Positions 1-8,106 of a stretch of 64,000 nt of DNA are shown one piece after another. The stretch's first letter is position 1. Each line of letters opens with the position of its first letter. The translations under genes and the position numbers were made by a program. The stretch is from a virus (lineage: Duplodnaviria; Caudoviricetes). Location of the stretch: IMG/VR virus record IMGVR_UViG_3300024254_000008, positions 4,191 through 68,190 of that record. One strand, given 5' to 3'. The notes below the pieces were generated by a model. That model did no database searches. It had not been told where the DNA came from and was given only the letters and a program-made list of their open reading frames with translations.

Positions 1-66
1 TAGGTAGCTCAGTTGGGAGAGCATTTGCCACAAACTACCGGCTTTCGTCCCGTTCTCACGTTGCAT
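1..66 (+). ncRNA. 3' half of a probable first YrlA-like Y RNA, truncated by the window start
   Basis: D-arm TAGCTCAGTTGGGAGAGCA at 5-23 with no anticodon or T arm downstream; 3' tail CCCGTTCTCACG resembles CCTGTTCTCGCA of the next RNA. Confidence 0.5.
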
Positions 67-71
67 TTGTA

Positions 72-205
72 GTGCGTAGTGTAGAGCATGGGATACTTCG
101 ATTTGTAATCGGCGCACACAGGTTCGAATCCTGTCCGGTCCACCATCTGCGGGCCGGTAGCTTAGTGGTAAAGCAGCTTGTCTCCCGGTTCGCCTGTTCT
201 CGCAT
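72..205 (+). ncRNA. yrlA: YrlA-type Y RNA (circularly permuted tRNA mimic)
   Basis: T arm ACAGG-TTCGAAT-CCTGT (118-134), acceptor-like stem CCGGTCC/GGGCCGG closed by a loop (135-157), D arm GCTT-AGTGGTA-AAGC (160-174); termini pair (GTGCG/CGCAT, AGAGCA/TGTTCT, GGGA/TCCC); directly upstream of a Ro60 gene. Confidence 0.82.
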
Positions 206-208
206 TCG

Positions 209-246
209 GACGCCCCGCCATCTCCCCCGGCGGGGCGTTTCCTTTT
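209..246 (+). terminator. Intrinsic terminator-like hairpin between Y RNA and TROVE gene
   Basis: ACGCCCCGCC...GGCGGGGCGT stem followed by TTCCTTTT. Confidence 0.7.
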
Positions 247-281
247 AGTAGGAACCTCTTTTTGGACGAAGGAGACAGACC

Positions 282-1682
282 ATGGTCAAGCTCAACATCA
301 AGCCGAAGAACCAGACCGCCCGCGCTGCCGCGTTGCGTCTCAATTCCCACGAGACGCATGGCGGCGCGCCCGCTGCGCACATCGGCGCGCTGGCGCAGCT
401 TCGACGTAGCGTCATGTCGTGCCTGCTGTGGGAGGATGAGCATTACGAATCGGGCGAGAAGATCGCCGACCGCATCGCTCGTCATGCCGCCGAGGTGACG
501 CCGTCTGAGTTGGCGGCAGTCGCCGCAGACGCACGCCATATCGCCAAGCTGCGCCATGTCCCGTTGTGGCTGCTCGTGACGCTCCTCAAGACGGCCAAGG
601 GCCAGAGGTCCCTGATCGTCGATGCGATTGACGACGTGATCCAGCGTGCCGACGAGCCGGGCGAGTTGCTCGCCATGTACTGGAAGACGAACGGCAAGGA
701 TGCGCCGTTGTCGAACCCGCTCAAGCTGGGCCTCGCCAAGGCGCTTCTCAAGTTCGATGCGTACCAGTTGGCGAAGTATGCCAAGCAGGGCGACGTCCGT
801 CTGCGCGACGTGATGTTCCTGACGCACCCGGTTCCCGATTTGACGCGAGGACCGGCGGGTCCGGAATTGTTCCGTCAACTGGCCGAGGACGAACTCTCCC
901 CGACCGACGCCGGGACGTGGGAGGCTGAGCTTTCGGCCGGTGCGGACAAGCGCGAGACGTTCGAGCGCCTGATCCGCGAGGACAAGCTCGGCTATCTTGC
1001 GCTGTTGCGAAACCTGCGAAACATGAGCGCGGCGGGATGCGATCCGGCGCTCGTCAACGCGGCCATCGTCGCGCGGCGCGGCGCGGATCGTGTCTTCCCG
1101 TTCCGTTTCATCGCGGCGGCCCGACACGCGCCGGCTTTCGCGCCGGCCTTGAACGAGTCGATGCTCCAATCGGTCGCTAACCTGCCCAAGCTGCCGGGCA
1201 CGACGGCCGTGCTGGTCGACGTGTCTGGCTCGATGAGCCGCCCACTCGGCGGAAAGTCGGACCTGATCCGGATTGATGCAGCCTGTGCGTTGGCTGTGTT
1301 GGTGCCGGCCGAGACGGTGCGGGTGCTGTCGTTCTCGTCCGGGCTGGTCGAGTGCCAGAACCTCACCCCCGGTTTGCCGGGCATCGAAGAGATCAAGCGC
1401 TCGCAGCCGCACAGCAGCACGAAACTGTTCGAGGCGGTGCAGACGACCAACGAGCGGATCGAGTACGACCGCATCATCGTCATCAGTGACGAGCAGGCGA
1501 CGTACGGCTATTCGGCCGGCATCGAGACGGACTCGTTTCCGGCCCCGAGGCCCGGAGCGAAGGCGTACATGATCAATGTCGCATCGGCGCGCAACGGCGT
1601 CGGATACGGAAACTGGACCCACATCGACGGGTTCAGCGAGAATGTCATTCGGTACATTGCCGCGTGCGAGGCCGAAGGGTGA
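282..1682 (+). CDS. rsr: Ro60/Rsr TROVE-domain RNA-binding protein with C-terminal vWA domain
   Basis: LRRSVMSCLLWEDEHYE, ALLRNLRNM, PFRFIAA, vWA MIDAS DVSGSMS; RBS GAAGGAG. Confidence 0.95.
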   Translation: MVKLNIKPKNQTARAAALRLNSHETHGGAPAAHIGALAQLRRSVMSCLLWEDEHYESGEKIADRIARHAAEVTPSELAAVAADARHIAKLRHVPLWLLVTLLKTAKGQRSLIVDAIDDVIQRADEPGELLAMYWKTNGKDAPLSNPLKLGLAKALLKFDAYQLAKYAKQGDVRLRDVMFLTHPVPDLTRGPAGPELFRQLAEDELSPTDAGTWEAELSAGADKRETFERLIREDKLGYLALLRNLRNMSAAGCDPALVNAAIVARRGADRVFPFRFIAAARHAPAFAPALNESMLQSVANLPKLPGTTAVLVDVSGSMSRPLGGKSDLIRIDAACALAVLVPAETVRVLSFSSGLVECQNLTPGLPGIEEIKRSQPHSSTKLFEAVQTTNERIEYDRIIVISDEQATYGYSAGIETDSFPAPRPGAKAYMINVASARNGVGYGNWTHIDGFSENVIRYIAACEAEG

Positions 1683-1885
1683 TCCCGCAGGAAGACTTGA
1701 TTATCGAGATGTGGCCGCCCCGTTCTGTGGGCGGCCAGCAGGTCGGCATTGCGACAGGCGTCAAGGTCACACACACGCCGACGAACCTGATCGCCATCTG
1801 CGCCACGGAGCGGTCGCAGCATCGGAACAAGCAGATCGCCATCGATATGATTCTTGGCGGCCTCACAAGTCCACATTACCGCTAA
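1679..1885 (+). CDS. Stand-alone minimal GGQ (class I release factor domain 3 / peptidyl-tRNA hydrolase) protein, 68 aa
   Basis: EDLIIE...GGQQV..TGVKVTHTPTNLIAICATERSQHRNK aligns with RF1/RF2 [32 protein letters not shown]; GTG start overlaps the TROVE stop (GTGA). Confidence 0.85.
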   Translation: MIPQEDLIIEMWPPRSVGGQQVGIATGVKVTHTPTNLIAICATERSQHRNKQIAIDMILGGLTSPHYR

Positions 1886-1893
1886 AATAACAG

Positions 1894-1922
1894 TTGCGCC
1901 GGACGAAAGTCCGGCGTAGCCT
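1894..1922 (+). promoter_or_regulatory. Sigma70-like promoter with a palindromic spacer
   Basis: TTGCGC-N17-TAGCCT; GCCGGAC-GAAA-GTCCGGC hairpin spans the spacer. Confidence 0.45.
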
Positions 1923-1960
1923 TGTCTGGCTGAACATCAACCGTCCAAGGAGACAGTCAA

Positions 1961-2257
1961 ATGTGTGCCCCGATGAATGAGTCCGTTTTCGACCGTATCC
2001 GTGTTGAGATCGCCCGTGGCCGTCGTGCCGCTGGCCTCGATGCCCCGGCCGTCCGAGTTCCCGATCATGTCCGACCGATCACCGCCGATATCTCGACGCC
2101 GAACCTACTCCGCTCCGCGATCAAGGCCCCGCCGGTTCCCCGTTCCGTTCGTGCCGTCGACATTCGCACGCCGCTCGGCCGGATCACGTTCTATGTGCGC
2201 CAGCCGGTGCGTGAGCAGGACAACGCCGTGCGGCGAGTGCTCGCCCGCGCGGCGTAA
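1961..2257 (+). CDS. Hypothetical protein
   Basis: ATG with RBS AAGGAG; fills the gap before the tRNAs. Confidence 0.6.
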   Translation: MCAPMNESVFDRIRVEIARGRRAAGLDAPAVRVPDHVRPITADISTPNLLRSAIKAPPVPRSVRAVDIRTPLGRITFYVRQPVREQDNAVRRVLARAA

Positions 2258-2273
2258 GCCGCCGACTGTCTGT

Positions 2274-2351
2274 GTTGGGCGTGGTGGAATTGGTAGACAC
2301 GACTGATTGTGATTCGGTTTTCTGCGGGTTCAAGTCCCGTCGCTCACCCCA
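2274..2351 (+). tRNA. tRNA-His(GUG) with potential G-1:C73 pair
   Basis: Cloverleaf; anticodon loop TTGTGAT; T arm GCGGG-TTCAAGT-CCCGT; encoded CCA; U1.C72 mismatch. Confidence 0.88.
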
Positions 2352-2358
2352 GATTTCA

Positions 2359-2433
2359 TGCCGTGTAGCTCAATGGTAGAGCGGCACCCTGTTAAGGTGA
2401 TGGTTACAGGTTCGAGTCCTGTCTCGGCAGCCA
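2359..2433 (+). tRNA. tRNA-Asn(GUU)
   Basis: Cloverleaf; loop CTGTTAA; U1-A72, G73, encoded CCA. Confidence 0.92.
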
Positions 2434-2434
2434 C

Positions 2435-2510
2435 AGCCCGTTAGCCAAGCGGTTAAGGCATGAGATTTTGATTCTCACATTCCGAGGTTCGAATCCTCGA
2501 CGGGCTTCCA
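2435..2510 (+). tRNA. tRNA-Gln(UUG)
   Basis: AGCCCGT/ACGGGCT acceptor; loop TTTTGAT; T arm CGAGG-TTCGAAT-CCTCG; encoded CCA. Confidence 0.92.
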
Positions 2511-2528
2511 TTTCAAAGGAATCATTTC

Positions 2529-3140
2529 GTGAAAAACAGCCTCTACGTCCACGTCGTTCTCGACAGCAGCGGCTCGATGCTGCGCAATAAATCCACCACG
2601 CTCAAGGCGTGCAATGACTATATCACCGCGCTGGAAGATGGCACGGTCGTCACTGTCGACCGCTTTGCCTACAAGCCACATCGGCTGCGTGACGCCGTGC
2701 CCAAGGCCGAGGCGATCATCACGCCGGATGAATACCCCTGCGACGGCGGCACCGCCCTGTACGATGCCATCGGCCACGCTGTGGCGGCCATCGATGCCAA
2801 GGCCAAGGATTTTGACCGCATCGCGCTCGTCGTCCAGACGGACGGGGCGGAAACCAGTTCGAGCGAATTCAAGCTCGATGCGATCCGGCAAATCCTGCAA
2901 GATAAGCAGGAAGGCGAGGGCTGGCTGATCCTCTATCTCGGTGCCGGGCTGCCGGCTGCCCAGCAGTTCCTTGATCTGGGCGCGACGGCTGGTATGACAG
3001 CGAATTACACGGCCAGCAATTCGCATGATGCGTTTGCCGGCGCGACGCGTGCGACGCAGGCATATGCGGTCAGTTCCAATCGGACGACGGGCCGTACGGC
3101 GGCGGCGTTCACGGCCGACGAGCGGAAGAAGATGGGATGA
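2529..3140 (+). CDS. vWA-domain protein
   Basis: VVLDSSGSM MIDAS, GGTALYDAIG, VVQTDGAETSS. Confidence 0.85.
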   Translation: MKNSLYVHVVLDSSGSMLRNKSTTLKACNDYITALEDGTVVTVDRFAYKPHRLRDAVPKAEAIITPDEYPCDGGTALYDAIGHAVAAIDAKAKDFDRIALVVQTDGAETSSSEFKLDAIRQILQDKQEGEGWLILYLGAGLPAAQQFLDLGATAGMTANYTASNSHDAFAGATRATQAYAVSSNRTTGRTAAAFTADERKKMG

Positions 3141-3961
3141 GCCTTCTCGGCCCCGACGACCGCTTTGCCCTGATCTGCGGCAACAACCGCGAGCATTATG
3201 CCGACGTGGGGAAGGTCGATGCTGTCATCACCGATCCGCCGTACGGGGCCGAGGTTCATTCACCTGTTCGAGCGGCTCGAAATGCTGAGGGATATCTGTC
3301 GGTATTCGACATGCCGTTCGAGCAACTCGATTCTCTCGATATAGGACAACTGGCCAGTTTTGCATCCATTCATTGCAATGGCTGGATGCTGACGTTTTGT
3401 CAGGCCGAGCAATTGGTGCAATGGCGAGACGAAGCAACGGTTTTCGGTGTTCGTTATGTCGTTCCCATGGTCTGGATCAAGCCAGACGCCAAGCCGAATT
3501 TTAGTGGAGCGGGACCGGGAGTCGGGCATGAGAACATCGCCACGTTCTGGTGTGGTGATGGTCCGCAGCATTGGAATGGCGGCGGCAAAGTCGGTGTGTT
3601 TCATCATACACGCGGTCGTCGCGAGGGAACGCGTCATCCAACCGAAAAGCCTGTTCCGCTCATGAAGGAACTGATTCGTCTGTTCACCGATCCGGGCGAT
3701 ATCGTCTTCGATCCATTCATGGGGGCGGGCTCAACGGGCGTCGCGGCACTGGAGCTTGGCCGGCGCTTCATTGGCATCGAGAAGAATCCGGAGTATTTTA
3801 CCGAGGCTGATCGACGTATCCGGGAAGCCGTGGTCCCCAACCTGATCTTCGCATCCAACGATAAGATGCCGACGTTGATGGGGGACACCGAGTTTCCGGG
3901 ACGTCATCACAACGAGCGTTTCCGCAAGGCCGCGAAGGAGAAGAGCGATGCCGACGAGTAG
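3137..3961 (+). CDS. DNA N6-adenine/N4-cytosine methyltransferase (beta class)
   Basis: DPPY catalytic motif N-terminal; HPTEKP and DPFMGAGSTG SAM-binding motif. Confidence 0.93.
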   Translation: MSLLGPDDRFALICGNNREHYADVGKVDAVITDPPYGAEVHSPVRAARNAEGYLSVFDMPFEQLDSLDIGQLASFASIHCNGWMLTFCQAEQLVQWRDEATVFGVRYVVPMVWIKPDAKPNFSGAGPGVGHENIATFWCGDGPQHWNGGGKVGVFHHTRGRREGTRHPTEKPVPLMKELIRLFTDPGDIVFDPFMGAGSTGVAALELGRRFIGIEKNPEYFTEADRRIREAVVPNLIFASNDKMPTLMGDTEFPGRHHNERFRKAAKEKSDADE

Positions 3962-4361
3962 GCAGATTCCTAGTTGGGACGTCACAGGATTTGTTGATAC
4001 TGATCGCACTCAATGGGTGTGGCAGGGAATGGATACAGGCAGCAGCCCGTCAAGATCGGTGTTTTCGCGAGTACCTGCTATCTCTGTTCAGAATCACGAG
4101 ACTGTCTCGCAGACCAGAGAGTCGGATATTGTCCACCAACATAATCTATCTGAATCCTCGATAGAGCTTCTGTTGGCACAACAACTGCACCGTATTTGAG
4201 AATTCGAGGCGGCGGCCTTCAATCTGCGTCGATCTGATCCGCCTGTGACCCGAAGGAGTCGTGGTCCCGAGCTATACACCGATTGCGAGCCGGAAGACCT
4301 TTAGGGGACCTTTCCGGTCCTGCTAGGTTACACGGTGAGCATTCTCAGGAAGGAAGCTTCC

Positions 4362-4601
4362 ATGAACCATGGTTCCAAGCACGCTTCGGCGTCGGACAAA
4401 AACGAGATCAAGAGCGATACGGCTGGGGCATCCAGTCCCCATGACGCCCATCGTCGGTCTGAGGCCGTCCAGTTCGCACTCGATCTTCATCGGGGCAAGG
4501 ATCGTCCGGCGGCAGATATCGTCGCCGAAGCGGCCGTGTTCGAGACGTATCTACGCGATGGTGCGCCAGTCCCGGCTCCCGAGGCCAAGTCGGCCGCGTA
4601 A
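4362..4601 (+). CDS. Hypothetical protein
   Basis: ATG after AGGAAGG; helical motif EAVQFALDLH...IVAEAAVFETYL. Confidence 0.6.
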   Translation: MNHGSKHASASDKNEIKSDTAGASSPHDAHRRSEAVQFALDLHRGKDRPAADIVAEAAVFETYLRDGAPVPAPEAKSAA

Positions 4602-4646
4602 ACTCATCACACTAGACAAAGGTCGGCCGTTGAGCATAATTCCTCA

Positions 4647-5165
4647 ATGGCCGATTCTACTCGTCTTTTTAGCGAAGAAAAAAGTTTAGCGAGTGCTAGA
4701 CGGCGACTGCTTGCAAATGTTGAGCTTGTTGATCCGCCAGCCGGTATAAAAGGGCAATGCCGGTTATGGCGAGGTTCGTGCAACGATAAGGGATACGGGC
4801 AGCTTCGCGTTCATCGAAAGACAAGACGCGCGGCTCGCGTTGCATATGAATTGTTCAAAGGGCCTATTCCCAAGAGATATGTTCTTGATCATTTATGTAG
4901 ACGTCGTCGTTGTATCAACGAGGATCATCTTGAGCCTGTAACTAATAGAGTGAATCTGCTTAGAGGCAATACGTTCGCCTCGCGCCATGCGATGAAAACA
5001 CATTGTGCCAATGGACATGCATTTTCTGTAGAAAACACGTATTTGTATTCGTGGCCCAAATGGAAAGGGCCCCGCTGTCCCGTACGCATGTGTAGACAGT
5101 GTGTTAAAAATCGAGCGTCGGCCAAGCGCAGAAAGCTCCGAGAGGAGCGGTTGATCTATGCCTGA
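4647..5165 (+). CDS. HNH homing endonuclease upstream of terL
   Basis: CRLWRG..KGYG..RVAYELFKGPIP..LDHLCRRRRCINEDHLEPVTNRVN; C-terminal KTHCANGH. Confidence 0.9.
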   Translation: MADSTRLFSEEKSLASARRRLLANVELVDPPAGIKGQCRLWRGSCNDKGYGQLRVHRKTRRAARVAYELFKGPIPKRYVLDHLCRRRRCINEDHLEPVTNRVNLLRGNTFASRHAMKTHCANGHAFSVENTYLYSWPKWKGPRCPVRMCRQCVKNRASAKRRKLREERLIYA

Positions 5166-7626
5166 CATTGTGGACACGCTTAGTCGTGCCACTGCTGCTG
5201 ACATTGCCTTTTTGGATTCTCAGCGGAAATGGCATGATCTAGCCCGACATAATCAGATATTGCCTCTTGATGGGTGGTCAACCACGCTTGCTCTTGCTGG
5301 AAGAGGATTTGGCAAGACCCGTGTCGGAGCCGAATGGTGTTTGCGACAGGCCGGGCTGTATCCCGGAATCATGATTCATGTTGTTGCACCCACATATTCC
5401 GATTTGCGTGGCGTTGTGTTTGAAGGCAATTCGGGGCTCGTCGCTGTTGTGCCAAAAGCCTGTGTCCGATCACTTACATATTCGCCTTACCCAGAAATGA
5501 TTTTGTGGAATGGTTCCATCATCCGAGGATTCTCGGCCGATACGCCGAATCGATTGCGCGGCCCGCAGGCATCGATGGTATGGGGCGACGAGTTGGCGGC
5601 GTGGTATCACGCTGAGGAGTGTCTGAACAATATCGACTTCTCGACTCGTATCGCCTACCGCCATGTCAACGGCCGGCTGATTCAGCCACAAAAGCTCTAC
5701 ACGACCACGCCGCGCCCGATGCAGCTTCTCGTCAAGATGATCGAGAAGAAATTGCCGAACGGCGATCCGGCAACCGTCTTGATCCGGGGCTCGACGCTCG
5801 ATAATCGCGCGAACCTCGCCGAGAACTTCTTTACCGATCTGCTGCAGTACGAAGGCACGCAGATCGGCCGGCAGGAAATCTATGGTGAGCTTCTCGATCT
5901 GGCCGAGTCGGCGATCATCAAGAAAAGCTGGCTCAATGTCTGGCCGAGTGACGTTCAGTTGCCGTGGTGGGAATTCATCATGGTGTCGATGGACACGGCG
6001 TTCACCGAGAAGACCTACGACCGCAAAACGTTCTCGTCCGATCCGACTGCCTGCACGACGTGGGGAGCCTTCCTGCATGAGCCTGTGAAGGGCAAGGGAG
6101 CCACGTGGAACTTGATCCTGATGGACTGTTGGGAGAAGTGGCTGGGCTTCCCGGACCTCATCACAGAGGCCCGCAAGATGATGCAGGAGACACGGTTCAA
6201 GCGCCGGACCAAGCCGATCTTCGAGCCGTTGGTTGGACCGGTGTTTGCACAGGATGAGATCAAGAAGGCCGACCTTCTGATCATCGAAGACAAGGGCTCT
6301 GGTATCTCGCTGCGGCAGATGCTTTCAAAGGAAGGGTTGGACTCGTTCCCCTACAATCCGGGTCGGGCTGACAAGCTGAGCCGTCTTCACTCGGTATCGC
6401 ACATTGCCCGGCATGGTCGCATCTGGGTGCCTGAGACGGCGGACCGGCGGACCCGGACCACCGATCTGAGCGGCAAGACGGTCATGAAGCCGACGACGTG
6501 GGCGGAGCCGCTGCTGTCGCAGCTATGCTCCTATTCCGGTCCGGGAACGACACCACATGACGACTGGGTAGATAGTTGCATCGTTAGTGCAACCATTATT
6601 CGCATGGGGGATGGTACTTCTCGCTGTGTTTCAGAAGTGCGAGCAGGGGAAATGGTAGATACGCCTATTGGTCCCCGCCGCGTGCTTCAAGCAGGAGTTA
6701 CCGGCATCAAGTCTATTTGGCGTCTTGAGTGGAATGGGGGACAATTGGAAGGAACGGGCAATCATCCGGTATGGGCAGATGATACATGGTGTAGGCTTGA
6801 CTCGTTGAGTCAAGGGTCTATCATGAGAACATGGCCTTTCCAAAAAAACCCGGCATTCGAGTCGAAACTGTCGTCTTCAATGGTTATCGATACAACAGAT
6901 ATCCTGACTCATCGAGTCCTACGCATCGGCGTTACTTTGGTCGCACTGGCCATCGTCTTCACCGCGATGTGTGGGAATATCATAAGGGGCCTATTCCAGA
7001 AGGCCATGACGTCCATCATCATGACGATGATACTAGCAACAACGATATATCCAATCTTCGTTGTCTGCCCGAGGAAAAACACATCGCGCGCCATCGGAAA
7101 GCCAATGTTGGAAGAGGGCGCCGGCCGGAACAACTTGAGCATTTGGCCCGAATTAACAGTAAAGCGGCTGCGTGGCATCGTAGTCCCGAAGGCCGTGAGT
7201 GGCATCGTCAGCACGTTACGGAGAGCCTTCGTAAAGAGGGGGCTGCAATCCCTTTTTCCAGACTCAAGAAGCACAGACGTAAATGTATCTGGTGCGATAA
7301 ATCATACTGGGCGAAGCTCGACCGCGCCAAGTTCTGTAGTTCGCGTTGTCAGAGTCAAGAATCTCGGCATCGACGCAAAGGTCTACAATCTTCGAGTTGA
7401 GGAGGCGGAGTGCTATTATGCTAATGGCATCTTGGTGCACAACTGCACGCAGGCGTGGCGGGTATTTGCCGACCGCTTCGTTGCAGACGGCGTGACCAAG
7501 CGGATTGGAGTTGACGACGCCATGATCCAAGTCATGCTGCCCGAGAACAATCCGGAATTCGAGTATAGCTACGATATCGAATCGGGCCGGGCGACGCCTC
7601 GTCATGTCGTTGCACCCTATGATTGA
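5158..7626 (+). CDS. terL: Terminase large subunit, intein-containing
   Basis: Walker A AGRGFGKT, Walker B WGDELAAW, RLRGPQ, nuclease SMDTAF and HDDWVDS/CTQA interrupted by an intein. Confidence 0.95.
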   Translation: MPDIVDTLSRATAADIAFLDSQRKWHDLARHNQILPLDGWSTTLALAGRGFGKTRVGAEWCLRQAGLYPGIMIHVVAPTYSDLRGVVFEGNSGLVAVVPKACVRSLTYSPYPEMILWNGSIIRGFSADTPNRLRGPQASMVWGDELAAWYHAEECLNNIDFSTRIAYRHVNGRLIQPQKLYTTTPRPMQLLVKMIEKKLPNGDPATVLIRGSTLDNRANLAENFFTDLLQYEGTQIGRQEIYGELLDLAESAIIKKSWLNVWPSDVQLPWWEFIMVSMDTAFTEKTYDRKTFSSDPTACTTWGAFLHEPVKGKGATWNLILMDCWEKWLGFPDLITEARKMMQETRFKRRTKPIFEPLVGPVFAQDEIKKADLLIIEDKGSGISLRQMLSKEGLDSFPYNPGRADKLSRLHSVSHIARHGRIWVPETADRRTRTTDLSGKTVMKPTTWAEPLLSQLCSYSGPGTTPHDDWVDSCIVSATIIRMGDGTSRCVSEVRAGEMVDTPIGPRRVLQAGVTGIKSIWRLEWNGGQLEGTGNHPVWADDTWCRLDSLSQGSIMRTWPFQKNPAFESKLSSSMVIDTTDILTHRVLRIGVTLVALAIVFTAMCGNIIRGLFQKAMTSIIMTMILATTIYPIFVVCPRKNTSRAIGKPMLEEGAGRNNLSIWPELTVKRLRGIVVPKAVSGIVSTLRRAFVKRGLQSLFPDSRSTDVNVSGAINHTGRSSTAPSSVVRVVRVKNLGIDAKVYNLRVEEAECYYANGILVHNCTQAWRVFADRFVADGVTKRIGVDDAMIQVMLPENNPEFEYSYDIESGRATPRHVVAPYD
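6831..7400 (+). CDS. HNH endonuclease nested in the intein in the -1 reading frame
   Basis: RLHRDVWEYHKGPIPEGHDVHHHDDDTSNNDISNLRCL...H; C-terminal CIWC...FCSSRC zinc motif. Confidence 0.9.
   Translation: MAFPKKPGIRVETVVFNGYRYNRYPDSSSPTHRRYFGRTGHRLHRDVWEYHKGPIPEGHDVHHHDDDTSNNDISNLRCLPEEKHIARHRKANVGRGRRPEQLEHLARINSKAAAWHRSPEGREWHRQHVTESLRKEGAAIPFSRLKKHRRKCIWCDKSYWAKLDRAKFCSSRCQSQESRHRRKGLQSSS
6843..6849 (+). other. Candidate -1 frameshift heptamer A_AAA_AAC
   Basis: Intein-frame codons CAA AAA AAC; a -1 shift enters the HNH frame. Confidence 0.45.
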
Positions 7627-8041
7627 CGTTGACGTTTCCGGTAAAACAAGGGACGATGTTCGGGTAGGCATTGCAGATGCTCAGGAGGGACCTTTCAAGG
7701 AGTTGCGCCGGACGACTCTAGCAACCAACTTCGCCTGCGGCCTGTTCCGTCAATCCCTGTCCCTCGCGCCGGTCCAGCGTAGCGTTAAGGGTAAGGTGGA
7801 GAATCCGGCAATTTATGGAGGAAAGTGCGTGGCGGTAATTCCCGATGACGATTTGCTGGAGATGCGCCGTATCCTTCGGGTCTGCGCCAACCAATTCAAG
7901 CGGTTTGAGCGCGCGGAGCGGGCCAAGGTGGCCAACAGTCCCCTGTCGCTGGTCGAGGCGCAGGAAGCACAGGCGGCGGCCGACCAGCACCATGCCTTCA
8001 TTGAGGCATGCGAGAAATATGCAGCGCCCGATGAACATTGA
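7619..8041 (+). CDS. Hypothetical protein
   Basis: ATG overlapping the terL 3' end. Confidence 0.6.
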   Translation: MIDVDVSGKTRDDVRVGIADAQEGPFKELRRTTLATNFACGLFRQSLSLAPVQRSVKGKVENPAIYGGKCVAVIPDDDLLEMRRILRVCANQFKRFERAERAKVANSPLSLVEAQEAQAAADQHHAFIEACEKYAAPDEH

Positions 8042-8106
8042 CGCCATATATAGCGTCCCCGTAGATTGCGCAGGCAAGGAAACGTCGCGCCAAATGGGGA
8101 CGTTGT

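Larger units (their letters stand above)
6577..7443 (+). mobile_element. Intein, 289 aa, in the terminase nuclease motif
   Basis: Starts CIVSATIIRMGDG, block B TGNHPVW, block F VYNLRV, ends ILVHN followed by C+1. Confidence 0.93.

Noticed and set aside
118-144. Ordinary tRNA ending at CCA 141-143
   Set aside because: No upstream D arm or acceptor strand at tRNA spacing; the acceptor partner and D arm lie downstream, i.e. permuted Y RNA topology
162-1622. 486-aa minus-strand ORF
   Set aside because: Antisense shadow of the TROVE gene in GC-rich DNA; no recognisable motifs
3948-4334. 83-aa ORF and gap after the methyltransferase
   Set aside because: No motif or clear RBS; cannot be supported as a gene or RNA
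6831-7400. Group I intron explanation for the nested HNH
   Set aside because: The terminase frame stays open and has complete intein splice motifs; no intron P/Q/R/S core seen
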